Of a stretch of 64,000 nt of DNA, positions 22,728 to 37,283 are shown in pieces (the first letter of the stretch is position 1; each line of letters opens with the position of its first letter). The stretch is from Octopus vulgaris (taxonomy: Eukaryota): contig OX597817.1 of assembly GCA_951406725.2 (NCBI GenBank), positions 75,082,001-75,146,000 on the forward strand, given 5' to 3'. The notes under the pieces were generated by a model. It saw nothing but the letters and a program-made list of their open reading frames with translations. It was not told where the DNA came from and did not search any database. A program made the position numbers and the translations under genes.

Positions 22728-22925
22728 TATGTGCATGCATGCATGCATGTATGTATGTATGTATGTATGTATGTATGTATGTATGTATGTATGTATGTAT
22801 GTATGTATGTGTGTGTATATTTATGTATGTATGTATGTATGTATGTATGTATGTATGTATGTATGTATGTATGTATGTGTGTGTGTGTGTATATTTATGT
22901 ATGTATGTTTGTATGTATAGTATGA
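22728..22925. repeat. (ATGT)n microsatellite
   Basis: Directly visible. Confidence 0.95.
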
Positions 22926-23429
22926 AGTAGATAAGCAAATCCATTTCAAAGAAAAACATGTTTTATCTGTGTGTATTTTAAAAATTGAATGATCACAACA
23001 CCACTAACAATACCTGCTCACCATCACTAACATCTAGACCAATACAACTCACATCATCACCACTATCAACCCACCTACTTTTGAATCCAATTGGCTACAA
23101 CAGATATCAGCATGTATGCCAACACATGTATGTGCATGAGTGTATGTGTCTGTGTGTGGATGAGCATGTGTGTGTGTGTATTTCTTTCTTAGGTCAGAAA
23201 TGCAAGGGGTGAATTGCCTATAAAGTCTAGTGACCCTTCAGCTAACTGTAATCATATAGTGCTTTCACTTCCTAAGTCCTTTACTTTTTCATCTCATTTT
23301 CATTATTGCATCAATAAAAATAAAACAATTTTTCACTCTCACAAAATATCTTCCCTTGACCAATTTTTTGGCAACAGCTTCAATTTAAGATTCGCAGAGA
23401 GAAACTATCAAGTAGACCTGAAGGCAGTC

Positions 23430-25280
23430 GTGTAAAAATGAACTGTAAAGGGATTACAATGGATAATAAACTTGATGTGTTAAAAAGACTTGATGCAAAA
23501 GGATAACCATGTTTGTCAAAATATTAAATCTTGCAACATCTACACTGGGAACAATATATGACAACTGAGAGAAAATTATTTCAAGTGCTCAAGAAGCTAT
23601 TCTGTTAACTGTCTAGATCTTATTTTTCCATGGATCTAATGTAATGCTTAAAATAGAATGACTCTTGAGTGTACAGATCAAGGATCAGAATTAGTATAAT
23701 GTGCTGATAAACACAATGGTAATTCAAAAAAGAGCCAAAAGTTTACATGACAATTCGCAGAAAAAGCAAGGTGAAACTTGTAATGAAAATCCCTTTTTGG
23801 CTAGTAAAATCTGGTTTGAAATTTTAAGAAGTGCATGAAATTGCACAACATAAAAGTGATTGGTGAAACTGTGAGCTCTAATACAGAGGCTGCAACTAAT
23901 TGTCCTGGGCAGTTGAAAATGATTGCTGAAGTGGGTTATACACCAGAGCATGTATACAATGTTGATAAGATTGCACTTTTCTAGAACTGCTTGCCTGCTA
24001 AAACTTTTATTCTTGGGAAGTAAAAATATAAAGCTTCCAAAAATTTTTGGACACTTCCTTTGGAAAGAAATATCACTGGTGATATAAAATTAAAGCCCTT
24101 ACATGTGTATCACTCCAAAAATCTAAGGGCTATCAAGGGTTAAACAAAGATCAATTTACCTCTGATTTGGTGTTCAAATAAGAAGGCATCAATGACTAAG
24201 AGCCTTTTCAAAGAGTGGTTTACAAACGTTTGTTGTTCAGCTGTACTGTGTCATAAAATATTTCCAACAAAGCATTGTTTCTTTTAGACAATACACCAAG
24301 CTATCCATTGAATTTAGATGAACTTTTTGATAAGGTAAGAATAGAATATATCCTCAAGAATACAATTTCTTTACTCCATCCAATGGATCAAGGTATGACA
24401 GTGTTCAAGGTATATTATTTGAGAAGAACTTTCAAACAGCTTATGAAAGCAACTGACAGGAAGGATAAACCTATAGTTAGAGATTTCTAGAAGAAATTCA
24501 ACATAATGGTTGCTGTGGATAACATAGCTGAGTCATGGGATGAAGTGAAACCCTCAACTTTGAATAGTGCTTTGGAAAGTATATAGCCAAACTATCCATG
24601 AAAAAGTTTTCCTCAAGCAGAAAACTTACATCAAATTTAGAAAGATATGACATTTGCAAAAGATGTAAGATTTGAAGACGTCATAGAGGATGATAGGATT
24701 GAGTTGCTAGGGTCCCAGAGAGAAAGTTTATCGAACAAGGAGTTGATGCTGTTAGAAAAGTACTAATAATAAAAAAGCAGAGAATAGAGGAGACAAGAGA
24801 AGTTTCACCTACACTGCTTAAATTAACTATAAAAATTATTGCTAAATGGTTGGCACTGAGAGAGTCTGTAGGTCTTTGCTAATCGTCAACGTAATATAAA
24901 ATTTACAAAAGGAGTTTACAATCAGCTCAGTTTATACTGAGTTGTACAAAGAGGTAACGCGTCATAAACATGGATAAGTTTTTCACCCCTCAAGCTGATA
25001 TAATAGTAAATATTGTCCCTCATCCTCCAAGATCATTCCACTACCACCCTTCACACAGTAGTCAACATCTTTGTAATAAGAATTACTCTTACGATATTAC
25101 GATTCTTAACAATTTCCTCACTTATTCCTCTTCGAATGTTTTTGTGTTTTTATGTATTTATATTGTACCGGGTATGTTAAGAACTAGCTATTTTCACGAT
25201 TAAAGGTGATCGTATAACTTGTTCTCTGTTGTTTTCTTGTTCTAGGAACGCATTATTTCCGTAAGCAAGGGATTCCTGTA
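23430..25280 (+). mobile_element. Decayed pogo/Tigger-like transposon
   Basis: KLDVLKRL, FLASKIWF, VYNVDKIALF, FLLDNTPSYP and SLLHPMDQG (DDE_1/CENP-B motifs); end AAGCAAGGGATTCCTG-TA. Confidence 0.85.
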
Positions 25281-25804
25281 CACACACGCGAGTGCGTTTA
25301 TATGTGTGAGTGGGTTTGTGCACGTATGTATATATCTATTTGTATCTCCTTGTGTTGACAAAATAACGTCAACTCGTAGCAGGCTGTTATTTTGCTTCAA
25401 TGAACAAAATGTTACGGTTCATTCACAGTCTACTCAAGCAACAAGAATTGATCTTTTATTTCTAATTTCGATACTTCTGAAATCATTCAAGCCAGAGTAA
25501 AATCAAGAAAATGTGCATTTTTGACTACAAGTAAAAAAAAAAAAAACATCCGGAGAATTCAATTGAAATGAATTGCACATAGTCGCTAATAATTACTAAA
25601 ATACGAGAACTTTTGATGAAATGGATATTTCAGAGAGTTGCTGTCTCCAGTTACGAAGATTGTTGTTATGGTTTCCTTAGCTACACTGTTAAGTAAAATT
25701 TATCTGATAAAACACGAGTGAATAATTGTAACTGGATGATAATTAACTGTTTTTCTATCAATATACTCTATAAATCTTTTTCGGTTGGAATTTATATTTT
25801 AGCA

Positions 25805-26410
25805 TTGGTGTGGCTGTGTGGTAAGGCGCTTACTTCCAAACCACATAGTTTCGTGTTCATTCCCACTGCCTGGCACCTTCGACGAATGTCTTCTACCATC
25901 GTTCCGGCCAACCAAAGCTATTTAAATGGATTTCATAGACGGAAACTGGAAAAAGCCCTTCGTATACACACATACACACATGCATGTATGTGTGTATGTA
26001 CGTCACATATCTATTATAAATAAGCGACAGAAGTTACAGAGTGACTCAAGGGCGTGCCAAAACACGAATCTCTCGGCCCTTGAGTTACTCTGTAACTTCT
26101 GTCTTTTATTGATAAAATACATGTATACTCATGTTTTGAGATCTATTTTCCTCTTTGCAGTACCGAACCTACATATATATATATATGTGTATGTGTGTTT
26201 TTGTTGCCCAGCACCGCTTGACAACCGGTGCTGGGTTGTTTACGTCCCCGTTACCTAGCAGTTCGGCAAAAAGCGAACGATAGAATAAGTACACCACCAG
26301 ACCAGACTTTAAGTCAAAATAAGTACTGGGGTCAATTTGTTCGACCAAACCCTTCAGGACGTTGCTCTAACATGACTGCAGTCCCCGTGTCTGAAACAAA
26401 TAAAATATAA
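25805..26410 (+). mobile_element. tRNA-derived SINE interrupted by a ~160-bp fold-back insert
   Basis: Head at 25805-25975, tail at 26170-26410. Confidence 0.75.
26026..26103. repeat. 28-bp inverted repeat with 22-nt loop
   Basis: GACAGAAGTTACAGAGTGACTCAAGGGC / GCCCTTGAGTTACTCTGTAACTTCTGTC, one G-T pair. Confidence 0.9.
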
Positions 26411-26479
26411 GAAATGAACTCTTAAAATAAGCGTCTGCTACAGAAAACAGAGCAGAGTGTCTCTGTTGTACAATTTCTA

Positions 26480-26860
26480 ATTTGACTGAGCACCGGAAGC
26501 TAAAATCAACAAGAAAAAATAAAACACAGAACAAGTCTGTGGATCCAGATCATCATGTAATCGAACTTCACTTCTTCATTAATTTATTCGATTTTCTTCA
26601 ATTTCTTTATAATTTTATTTTTGGAACCATTTAGCCATTCCCGGAAGTATGGAACTGTCCTCTTTACAAATAATAAATAAATAAATAATAAAATAAAGGA
26701 AAAAAAAAATAAATAAACAAATTCTTCCTTATCCGGGTTATCTGTGACGTCATAGTGTTCATAAAACAATTCCATTAGTCTAACGGTGCAACAGAATCAG
26801 TAGATCTCAGTGTTTGAGGCGCCAGCAGCACGGGCTCTCTCCTTTACAAGTAAGTACAAT
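26480..26860 (+). promoter_or_regulatory. Candidate promoter and short non-coding first exon
   Basis: ETS-like CCGGAAG at 26493 and 26641; palindromic CRE TGACGTCA 26745-52; donor CAA|GTAAGT at 26850; start of a TE-free, CpG-retaining stretch. Confidence 0.45.
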
Positions 26861-29498
26861 TGGCAATTTTTTTTTTCAAAAATTTGTTTTGGTGAGGGCT
26901 TTTAAAAAATAAAAATAAAAATAAAGGTTATATAGAAAGCAAAATAGTCTTGGTAAGTTGTTTAAATTTTCTTTATCATTTTTTGCAGTTTTAGAAAGAA
27001 TATTTTGTTTCCCTTTTAAAATTCTTTCCAAATAGAGAAAGGACACTTTTCTGAACTTCTTTCTCAAAAGTTCGGTTAATTTTTCTGCTCAACCCCCTTT
27101 TTCCTTTTTATTTTTACGTCTCTATCCGTTTTATTTTTTGATATCTAAATACACTTTCGTTTTCCTGTTTATTCAAAGGTAAGTTATATCATGTTTCTCA
27201 ATTTTGTCTTTTTTTTTACTGTCTTCATGAAATCTTAAAGAATAAAGTTTTAGGAATGACAGTTGATGATTAAATCTATTTATCTCTTGGATTTTTCACA
27301 ATAAATGTTATTTCATTTTTTGCATCATGTTTATTTGATTGACAATGAAATAAAATAGTTTTGGCCTTTCTTCCTACTTCTACAGCTCCAAAAAACCTTG
27401 TCATTAATATAATAAAGAAGAACATCGTTATGTTATTTGTTGTGATGTTGAGTTGAAATTGATAAGAGAAATCTGTGAGGGAAACCAACCCGACTGTATT
27501 TAGGAATTTGACAACAAACTCAAAGTTATTTTAGTTAATGCTACTTCCAAAAGTACATCTTATTTATGAATGTTTTCTAATGGATTTTCTTAGCATTTCT
27601 CATATATAGGAAAAGATATGACATGGAATTACATATCTAATATAATATTCAAATTGGGAATGATTAAATGCTTATGCTGAAGTATTTTTGAATGTTGAAT
27701 GTAATCTTTAAAATTGAAGTTGCGTTATTAATAAATATTGAGATATTAATCTTGTAATAGAAGATGCGATTTTGAGAAGTAAAAAAAACTAAATAACAAG
27801 ATTTGTTCTTAGTAAAATATGGCAAAATATGGATCTGTACATTTATGTATATTAACAAAAATAATACTGAATCTTATTCTAAATTTATGAAAACAAGAAT
27901 TCGTTTATTGAAATGACTGACGAAAATCATATTCTTGATATGTTGTAACATAGATCAGCCTAATTGTCTAAAATGAAACTCGGTAAACAGACAAATCATA
28001 ATTTGAGCGATTTCTAAACTGTCGTTCTAAGAATTACATATTTATTCCTTTTTATCTTCCTTTACATAGTTATCTGTTTACAAGTATTTTCCACTTTATT
28101 AAGGCTCACTTTGGTTTTAGAAGTTAAGTCAGGAGCTGTAAAATCGCGCTTGTCCTCCCTTAGATGCAACCACTTGTCTGTTTCGACTGAAAAAACAAAC
28201 GAAACTTGACGGTTTCTAATAACTTTTATTCGTGTAAATAAATAAGCTTTATAATATTTTATATTCAATCTAGTTGTTTACTTCCTGATATATTATTGTC
28301 CCTTCTGCTACTGTGCAAAAATTAATTATAAACAGCAATTCGATTTGAGTAACCTTCCGTTGCATTACAGAAGTTGTGTTATGCCTGCTGAAGTTGCGTT
28401 AGCATCGTTCACATATATATACTAACTACATAGATCATTGACTCGAAAAGATAAACGCAACTTGGTATCTGTTTTTTTTTTTTCAAAATTATAATTTTCT
28501 GTTTCTTCTTTTCATCTTGATATATTCATTTGATCGGATAATATTTCTTCACAAGGAAATTCGTTACAAAAAAATTTCAAGGAATTGTATTGTGATTACA
28601 CGTTGATCTTGTAAGGTGAATGTGTGCGTGCGTGTGTATGTGATAGCAGGAGCGAAGCGCCCGAGTAAGATTTTGACGCGAATAAATCGGTAAACAAAGT
28701 AAAACAGCTAAATATTGGTTTCTTTCTGCTACACACAAGTCTCTGATTTACATGGACAGCAAAGTGAGATGTTGTGATGTTCATGCCTATCTCAAGGTCA
28801 TTTGCGGCGTATGTTAAGTGAAATGGTTTCAGTCGAAACCCGGTCTTGAACGTGGTTGACAGAGGGCTTGTCTTATTATTATTTTTATTTTACGGGTTTC
28901 ATTTGCTCAAATTTTAAATACATTTAATTTATATTTATTTATGAGATGGCAGTTATATTTCTTGGGAAAACTTTTCACTAACTGAAACGATTCCCTCTTT
29001 TCTTTTTTTTTTTATCTATTAGCTATGGAAATGTTAAATTCAATTAAATATTTATACAGAAATTGTTTACAGTGTCAGTTGCTTTTGTAAAAGTAGTTTG
29101 AGAGGAAATCTAGTTGAGAACGATGCCAGAAAGAACAAGAAAATTTTTTGGTAGTAATGTTAATGTACAATTTGCCCAAGATAGAAAGAAAAGTTGCCAA
29201 TTGTCTTGTGAAAACATTTTTTAGAAATCTACAAGTTAGTCAAAGAAGGAAGGGCTTGTATCCATGTAATTACAGGTCCTTTTTGATTGATGTGGTTGAT
29301 ATTTATCTTAAATAGCTGTAGAAGAAAAAAAAAAAAGGGGAGAGAAAATGTGACCCAAGAGAGATTACTAGATGCTCTGCTCACAAGACTAAAAATTGTG
29401 AGAGTTGTGTAGTGCTGGGTTTGGGAGATGAAACACAGTAATAATTAGTAGAGCAGGAGTTAGGGTTTTGCTGCAAAATAGTACAGAGAAGAGACCAT

Positions 29499-29598
29499 NN
29501 NNNNNNNNNNNNNNNNNNNNNNNNNNNNNNNNNNNNNNNNNNNNNNNNNNNNNNNNNNNNNNNNNNNNNNNNNNNNNNNNNNNNNNNNNNNNNNNNNN
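29499..29598. other. Assembly gap (100 N)
   Basis: Run of N; true size unknown. Confidence 1.
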
Positions 29599-30002
29599 AA
29601 AGCAGTCATGTGTGTTTCCGGGGCATGAATTCTTTAGCACCCCTTTTTTAAAACTTTAGCAGTGTTCCTAATTGCACTCAAAACCGTACCAATTCCAAAA
29701 GTTATGGAATGAAGTACTATAGTCTGTTGTGTCAGTCAATTTGATTCATATGCTGGATCTTAACATTGGAACTCAAATTGCCAAGATGATGTGGATGATA
29801 TCAGTTTTCTGTCTAAAATTAATAACATTTTGAATGCAATTATCTTCTATACTTGGTAAACAAAACTATACAGGAACCAATCTTCTAAGACTTGTTTAAT
29901 TACTCATGACTTCTGTTGTGGCAGTAGAGGCTAGTAACATTCTCCAAAGCGTGTAGGTTTTTTTTAAATGTATATATGAGTATCTATATGTCTCTCTCTC
30001 TT

Positions 30003-30038
<36 letters not shown>

Positions 30039-30099
30039 CCTGTTGGCAATGTTTTACTTTTAGCTGAAACTCATAAAAGAGTATGTGAGCGTGTGTCTA

Positions 30100-30942
30100 C
30101 AGGGTGTTCCAGCTAAATTTCATGATTTTTTAATGTCTCCTTTTTTCAGGAACAGCTTGATATATTGGTGAATGATCTATGGCATTGAAGAATGTAAGGA
30201 TTAAAGTTGTAGTTACAAAAAAGTTAGCTGACATTGAGGATTGGAAGCCATCTGAATATTGGAAAAGATCAAGGAGGTGTTCAAAGATCTTCCCAGGGAC
30301 TCAGTGAGGAATGCATGATGATTCATGGGTGTCAATATGCCAACATGACTGCTTCTCAATGCACTGTGAACACTGTAAAACATGGCATGGACATCATGAA
30401 AACCAAGTTTCACTAAATTGCGATGGCCTTTGGGTGTGCCTCCAGTGAGTGTGATTTCATGCTATGTCTTTAAATAAGGCCTTAGGCTCAATTCAGATTG
30501 TGTGAAGCTGCTGGATAGCCATATAAGTGGCAACAGGATTTGGTTCCTTACCATACCTTTGGAAAGAGTCAGAAGTGGTTGTTGGAGAATTTCTACAACT
30601 TCATCCCTAATTTCTGTAATCCTAATTCCTCCGATTCTAGTCCCATGGATTACTATGTGTAAGGTGCAGTTGAGAAAGACATCAACCACTCTGCAACACC
30701 AAGACTGAGCTCATGGCCAAGATCAAGGTGTTCAAAGATCTTCCCAAGGACTCTGAGGAATGCATGTGCCAGGATCTGAAGATTTGAGGCCATGGTGGAA
30801 GCTGAGGACAGCTACTTTGAGTAAACTATTAACTCATTATTTTTTAATCTTTAAAAAAAAAAAAAAAACTTTTATTTTTGGATGGGATATTTTATTTTCA
30901 TTTCCTGTTATGCAGACTGTGAAGTTTAGCCTGAACACCCTG
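30100..30942 (+). mobile_element. Internally deleted Tc1/mariner-superfamily element
   Basis: TIRs TA-CAGGGTGTTCCAGCTAAA / TTTAGCCTGAACACCCTG-TA; NSSDSSPMDYYV remnant. Confidence 0.8.
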
Positions 30943-33900
30943 TATACGCCTTACTGTGCACTTTCAACTGGTTAGGTCTGCACATGTTACCACTCTTCCA
31001 TTGCCATAGGACTTCGAGTAGATGGAATGACAAATGAGGTCAACGTAAAGAGGCATTTGTATGTCATTGGATTCTAGTGATAAATGCCTGTACAACACAA
31101 ATACCATTCTCTGATTAGAACCTAGTGACAAGCTGAAGTGAGATGACCAGCAACCAAGTGAAACTGTTGGTTTTACAACAGTGTCCCTCTCCTAGAAGGA
31201 TACTGTAACAATAGCTAAGAGTTCCTCACTTTTTGTGGTTTTACTGAGCACCCTGACACCAACAAAGAGTATTTCTGTGCTGAGATGAAATGTCATCACA
31301 TATGCTAGTTAATCCATAGATGGGTCTCTGACAGATGCTACTACTTTGGGTTAGAGTAGATCATGGAACAGTAATGGCTCAGAGGCAGTTCCTCATTCCT
31401 CAAAACGTTAGAACTCCCAGACCAGAGCCTCACAACCAGCAGTTTCACATCGTATCCAACATACATACATACATATGCATGATATATGGATTTATATAAT
31501 CCAGTGGTAACCACAAAGAAGCTCCTTTGGTGGATCTGGCTACAAACATCCTACTAAACCAATACGTAGAAATGTAATGTAGAGTCCTATGTAGTTGAAA
31601 TCCAGTAAATCCAATCAGTGAACATTGTTTCATGATGGGTATTAGGATACAAATAAATTCAGGATATATGAGATGAATATACTTATTTCACCAGTTGATA
31701 TCCATAGGATGACAGCTATTTTGCTGCCAACATCATACAAATAATATTTACTTTAGTGTTTAATAAATAAATTTACATGTTTGCTATATATATGTATCTA
31801 TATATATATACACACACATACACACATATGTAAATGTCAAATGATGAAAACAAGTGCTTAACACTGCATTGGTGGATATAATTTCTTTATTTGTGGTTTC
31901 ATGGAAAAATAGGAAAATACCCTAGTTTCTTAACACCTTTTTCCATGTGATCAGCTTGAAAAATTAAGACACTAGGATATTTTCTGACTTTTCTTGACAT
32001 TAAACTAATGGTAGACTTAATTCATGTATATATATATATATATATATAATACACACACACACATCTGAAAATCTGGAATAGTGATGCCCAGACGTTTTAG
32101 TAAAGTTAATTGATAATTTCCTTATAATATTTCAGAATAACATCTGAAATTGTATTAGAGGTATCATTACCATGTTTATCAGAAACGGATTAAAAAGGAA
32201 TATGATTTTTGAAGTATTTAAAAACATCAGTATTAAAATATTCTGATATTATTTTCAAATTATTTCCAAACTGCTCAACCAACAAAATAATCACATTTTT
32301 GATGATGGAGGTGGAAGTCCATGAGAATATTTTCTCAGAATATTTGATTTAAAAATTCTAAAATTGTATACTCTAACATAATAAAATAAATTCGAAAACT
32401 GTCTTTGCGAAGATGACAGTTCTTACTGGCAAGTTTAAAAGTTAGTTAAAATCCTCAATAAAAAGTTGCACTAGTCTGCGTTGCGTTACTCATGTAAATA
32501 GAAAGATTGCATAATTCAATAATGAAACCGAAACTATGCATTAGAACTTCCGGGATAATTATGATAAATTTTCTGCATTAAAAAATACATTTTCTTTGTA
32601 ACAATATATTTACGAAATTAACTGTTACCTGAGTTTTATAATAATAAAACTCACAACTTAATTTTCAACATCAAAAATGTTAAACTGAATTTATAAAACT
32701 GTCGTCATCAGATATGTTGATATATGTTTTTAATTTTAAATTAAAGATTTTTAAAAATTAGTATTAGTATTTTTTATTTTGTTAAATGAATGGAAACTAT
32801 TTTTTAATTCACTTTTAAGATCAAATTCCGTCAAGAAATCTAACATGTAATGAGAAATTAACTCCTGCTGCTTGAGTTACTGTACAGCATGTTGTAAGGG
32901 GCCTCATTGCGTGTTTCCTGTTGGGTTTGTAAGCGACTCGGACCGACTATCTACATCGCATCTTGGAAAAATCTTACCATTTATTTGTCAAGCATCTTTT
33001 AATAGTTTTTGCTACACGAAAACTATGGTAAAACGTATTTTATACAGAAACAAAATCGAGAAATTTGCTTTAAAATTTTCTTATCAGAAAAGGTAGTTGA
33101 TATTTCTTTTTATATTTATTAATTCAATTATATAGATTTCCTAAAGTCTCTCTTTCAGTTTTGAGTTTTTCTTTTTTTAAAAAAAAAATTAATATTCTGT
33201 ATTTATTCATAAAAGCAACTGTCGTATTTCGTTGCAAACGAATGTCATTTTTATTTTGAATTATATCATTGCATTTGTAGGATTAGGCTATACGAAGAAT
33301 TTTTTTTCATCGATGCGTTTGTGTATACTAGTGAAAATTATGCTTGGCCGGAATTAGAGAGCAGAACAAAAACTGAAGCGGGGAGGGGGTTAATTCTTGA
33401 AAAGCGTTCGGTGAAAACTATACTTCAAAGCAAGGTTTGCAGAAAGAAAAGTTCAATATAGATGTTTACTAATGTTCTTTATTTGACTGCTTCCTCGCCC
33501 TTTCATTCTCGATTAAATGATCGAGGTCAGTTTTTGGCAGTGGATCTGAGTTTTCTCTCTGCGATAATAGTTGCATTAGATATTGCCCCAGCTGCCAAAG
33601 CTCCACTCCTCCAACTTGTTTTCTGAAGTTGACATCGTGGCATACATTCTGAGCTTGATTTCACTTTTTTTTATCGTTATCTATTAAAAAATGTAATTAA
33701 AACTTTAATTTCAATTTTGATTCATCTCACCTGCCTATTTTGAGAAGTATCTTTTCTTGTTCTGAAATAATACGTTTTAATTTTTTTGTCAAGGTGTAAA
33801 ACCTTTCCAAAACTCAACGCATTTTTCAATTTAGTACCTGTCAAAATTTTCGCTTGTAATAAATTTTTTAATCGGACTTTCAGGTAGTTTTACTCAAGAT

Positions 33901-35319
33901 TTTTGAAATCGTTTAAAACTTGAGAAATTAGTATAAATTTTGTGCTTACTCTAAAACCTGTTCTTTCTTTTACTAATATTGAACATCTGTTCAAGCATTA
34001 ATATTAGATTAATATATTTTAAGGACATATATTTTTCGTGAAGTGGATAGTTTTCTTTATGATTAACACAATTGGATCGTGTTAATATAAAGATATATTG
34101 GTCTGTAATATTGTTTATAAAACTAGGGTATGTTATTTGCGATTGCTTATGTTACTTTAGAAGTAATAACTTTGGCAATTGTGCAGCACCTGTCGATGGT
34201 TACTCGAAATATACAAAACACTTTAGACTTCTAATGTTAACCCTAGTTAATTTTTTAATTATAAAAGTAAGCTATTATTTTTTAAATTTCACACAAGATC
34301 TTTAAACTTCGGTTTCACATACCAGACCGAAAAAGATTCTGTCCGCTAGAATTGCTAGAACTAGCAGTCAAATATCCCAGAACTCTCACCTTACCGTCTA
34401 TATTGGATACTGTTGATTTTGATATACAAAAAGACGGGATTGTTACAGAATGCTTTTGATCAGCAGTAACCTGGGGCTAAATAACTAAATGTAATTTTAA
34501 AAAATATATCTAAAAGCTGTCTTGTTACGAAATAGCCTTTTTATAATTGTTTCCTGGTGCCATTAGGTCAACGAACGACCCCTGGTGACGACAAGCACTC
34601 TGTGCTTCTAATTAAATTTGGTGGGGAGAATATAAGGGTGGTTTTTCCCCGTTGCTTTCCTTCTAGCGTTGTTGTTATTTTCGAGATACATTAATCCTGA
34701 GAGAATGAAGGAAAATAGCCCTAGTATCTGACTGGTACTTTATCCATCATAAAATTATTTAAAAAAAAAAAAGTTGATTTTCGCAAGATTTTCAGTGCAG
34801 GGTACAGAACCGGAAGATATACCACAAGGACTTTTATCTGATGTTCTAATGATTCGCATAGCAATGAATGCTATTGTAATTAAAAAAAAAATCTTTGAGG
34901 ACTTAAAGTGTAAGACTGAACAGAACATATCATCCATTATCAAATCCATCTATGATAATGACTTCAGCTGTTTTTGAATATTATGTAAACGAGAAATTGC
35001 ACTTTGACCTGTATGTATGTGTGTGTGTGTATATATATATATATACACATATAGAAATATATATATATACACACACACATAGATCATGATGATCATCTTC
35101 AACCATGCTGACATGGGTTGAGTAATTTTACAGTATCTGGCAGATCAAAAGACTGCATGATGTTCCAACATCTACTTTGGCATGGTATTTTGAGGCTGGA
35201 TGCCCTTCCTAATACCAACCACTTTGCAGAGTGTATTTAATGCTTTTTCCTTGGCACCAGCACTACTGAGGCCACCATGTTACTTGCAAACTAAGACCCT
35301 ATATATATATGCAGTACAT

Positions 35320-35690
35320 GGAGCAAGGGTGGCTGTCTAGCAAGCTAGCTTCTGAACCACATGGTTCCAGGCTCAATCCCATTGTATGGCATCTTGGACA
35401 AGTGTCTCCTCCCTAGCCTTGGACTGACCAAATCCTTGTGAATTTCACAGACAGAAACTGAAAGAAGCCCATCGTATATGTATTTGTGTCTCTTTGTCTT
35501 GACATTGAGTGTTTTAAAGGAGTGTTACTAGCAGACAAGCAGTGTCATTCATTTCCAGTCTTCTGTAAAAGCATGTTCTGGCAAAGGGAAATATTACCTT
35601 ATTTGGAAACAAGTAAGGGTTGGTGATAAGAAGGGCATCCAACCATAAGAAATCTACTTCAACAAAATTCTGTCTGACCCATGCAAGCAT
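35320..35690 (+). mobile_element. Decayed SINE (tRNA head, alternative tail)
   Basis: Same head as 21738; tail with GGGTTGGTGATAAGAAGGGCATCC; similar copies at ~36390-36800 and ~61668-62010. Confidence 0.65.
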
Positions 35691-37083
35691 AAGACATCTT
35701 AGTTACTAAGAAATTCAATTGTGCATTGCTGCATACACGCATACACACACACAGCAGATGTTAATTACTTGAAGTTTTGTTAGATACAAACTTTTCCTAT
35801 CACTAACCAATTTAGTATGGAAAATATTTAGTGATTTCAAAATCAAACTTGATATTTTTGTGGATGAAATTTTATAAGGTAAAATGAGCATAGAATAGTT
35901 TATTTGGAACTTGTATTAGCTAAGTGTAGATAATGAATGCAGATTAAATTTGATTTTATGACTTCAAGTATTTTTGCTTAAGAAATTTAATTTCAGAATG
36001 ATGCAAATTAGGATTTAACTTCATCTAATTAGTAACGTTTTTAATTGTAATCATTTATTTTTATTTTTCAGGATGGTTTCTTTACTATTACATTTTTGGC
36101 AAAATCATATTTTTGTTAAATTTGAACATATGTTAAATGGAATTACTGATGTTAAATGATGGAATGTACCCCCTTGATAATCAGTAAGTACATTTTTATT
36201 TGTATAATTTAACATAACCCCAAAAGTTATTAAAATGCATTGAAGACAAAAAAAAAAATGAAAAGTGATGTTTTTTCAGTAGTGTGGGTTAGTATCGGAT
36301 TAACTGCTGAAGATCATATAGTCAAGCCTTACCACAGCTATCATCCTGTGCCCTTAATTTAGAGACCTGTTTTTTTTTATTCATATGTTCAAGCATAGCT
36401 GTGTGGTTAAGAAGCTTACTTTCCAACTATGTGCTTTCAGGTTCAGTCACACTGCACACCTTGGGCAGGTGTCATCTGTAATCTTCAGGCTAACCAAAGC
36501 CTTGTGAGTAGATTTGGCAGACAAAAATTGAAAGAAGTTCATTTGCATATATATTTATATAAACACATACAAAAACACATCTATATCTGTGTATTTATGT
36601 ATGTATTGACATGGAATTGATATAAATGAACATCACTGTCATACAAACCAAAAAAAAAAAGCACTTCTGGCCTTGGGGAAATATTACCCTGCTTGGAAAT
36701 AAGGGTTGGTGACAAGATGTGTATCTGGCTATGGAAAATATCTATCCTAGCAAATTCCATCTGATCCATGCAGACATGGAAAAGTGGATGTTAATTGATG
36801 ATACATATATGCATACATGTTAGTTTACAATTGTATTTCTCCAAAAATCACAAGCTACAAGCAGTAATGTTGCTGTCATTTCTCCTGTCAACAAATCATT
36901 CAGTGCCATTGCACCTTCAAAAATATGTGAAATCCTATTCAAAAAACAGTTAAGGGTATTCAACTATAAAACATTATCTCAATTATATAGTTGTCTCACC
37001 CATGGAAAAAAAACAAGTACAAAATAGATCAAAAACAAAGAATTTCATTAGTTAATAAATGGAGTGGGGGTCATTCAGCTTAA

Positions 37084-37283
37084 CCCTTTAGCATTTAAAC
37101 TGGCTTAAATATTCTACATGTTTTATGTTCAAACTGGCCAGATCCAACATCTCACACCCACCTTACAATGTCAATCTTAAAAAGAAAATCACATCATTGA
37201 AATCTCAAAGCTACATGATTAATCTAAAACAACATGAATATATAAAGCATTACATTTGACAAAGTAATCTGAATGCTAAAGGG
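37084..37283. mobile_element. piggyBac-type MITE
   Basis: TTAA-CCCTTTAGCATT ... AATGCTAAAGGG-TTAA: TTAA target duplication and 12-bp perfect TIR. Confidence 0.85.

Noticed and set aside
22663-22959. MYVC/YIHT-repeat ORFs and other YIYI/CVCV ORFs
   Set aside because: Translations of microsatellites.
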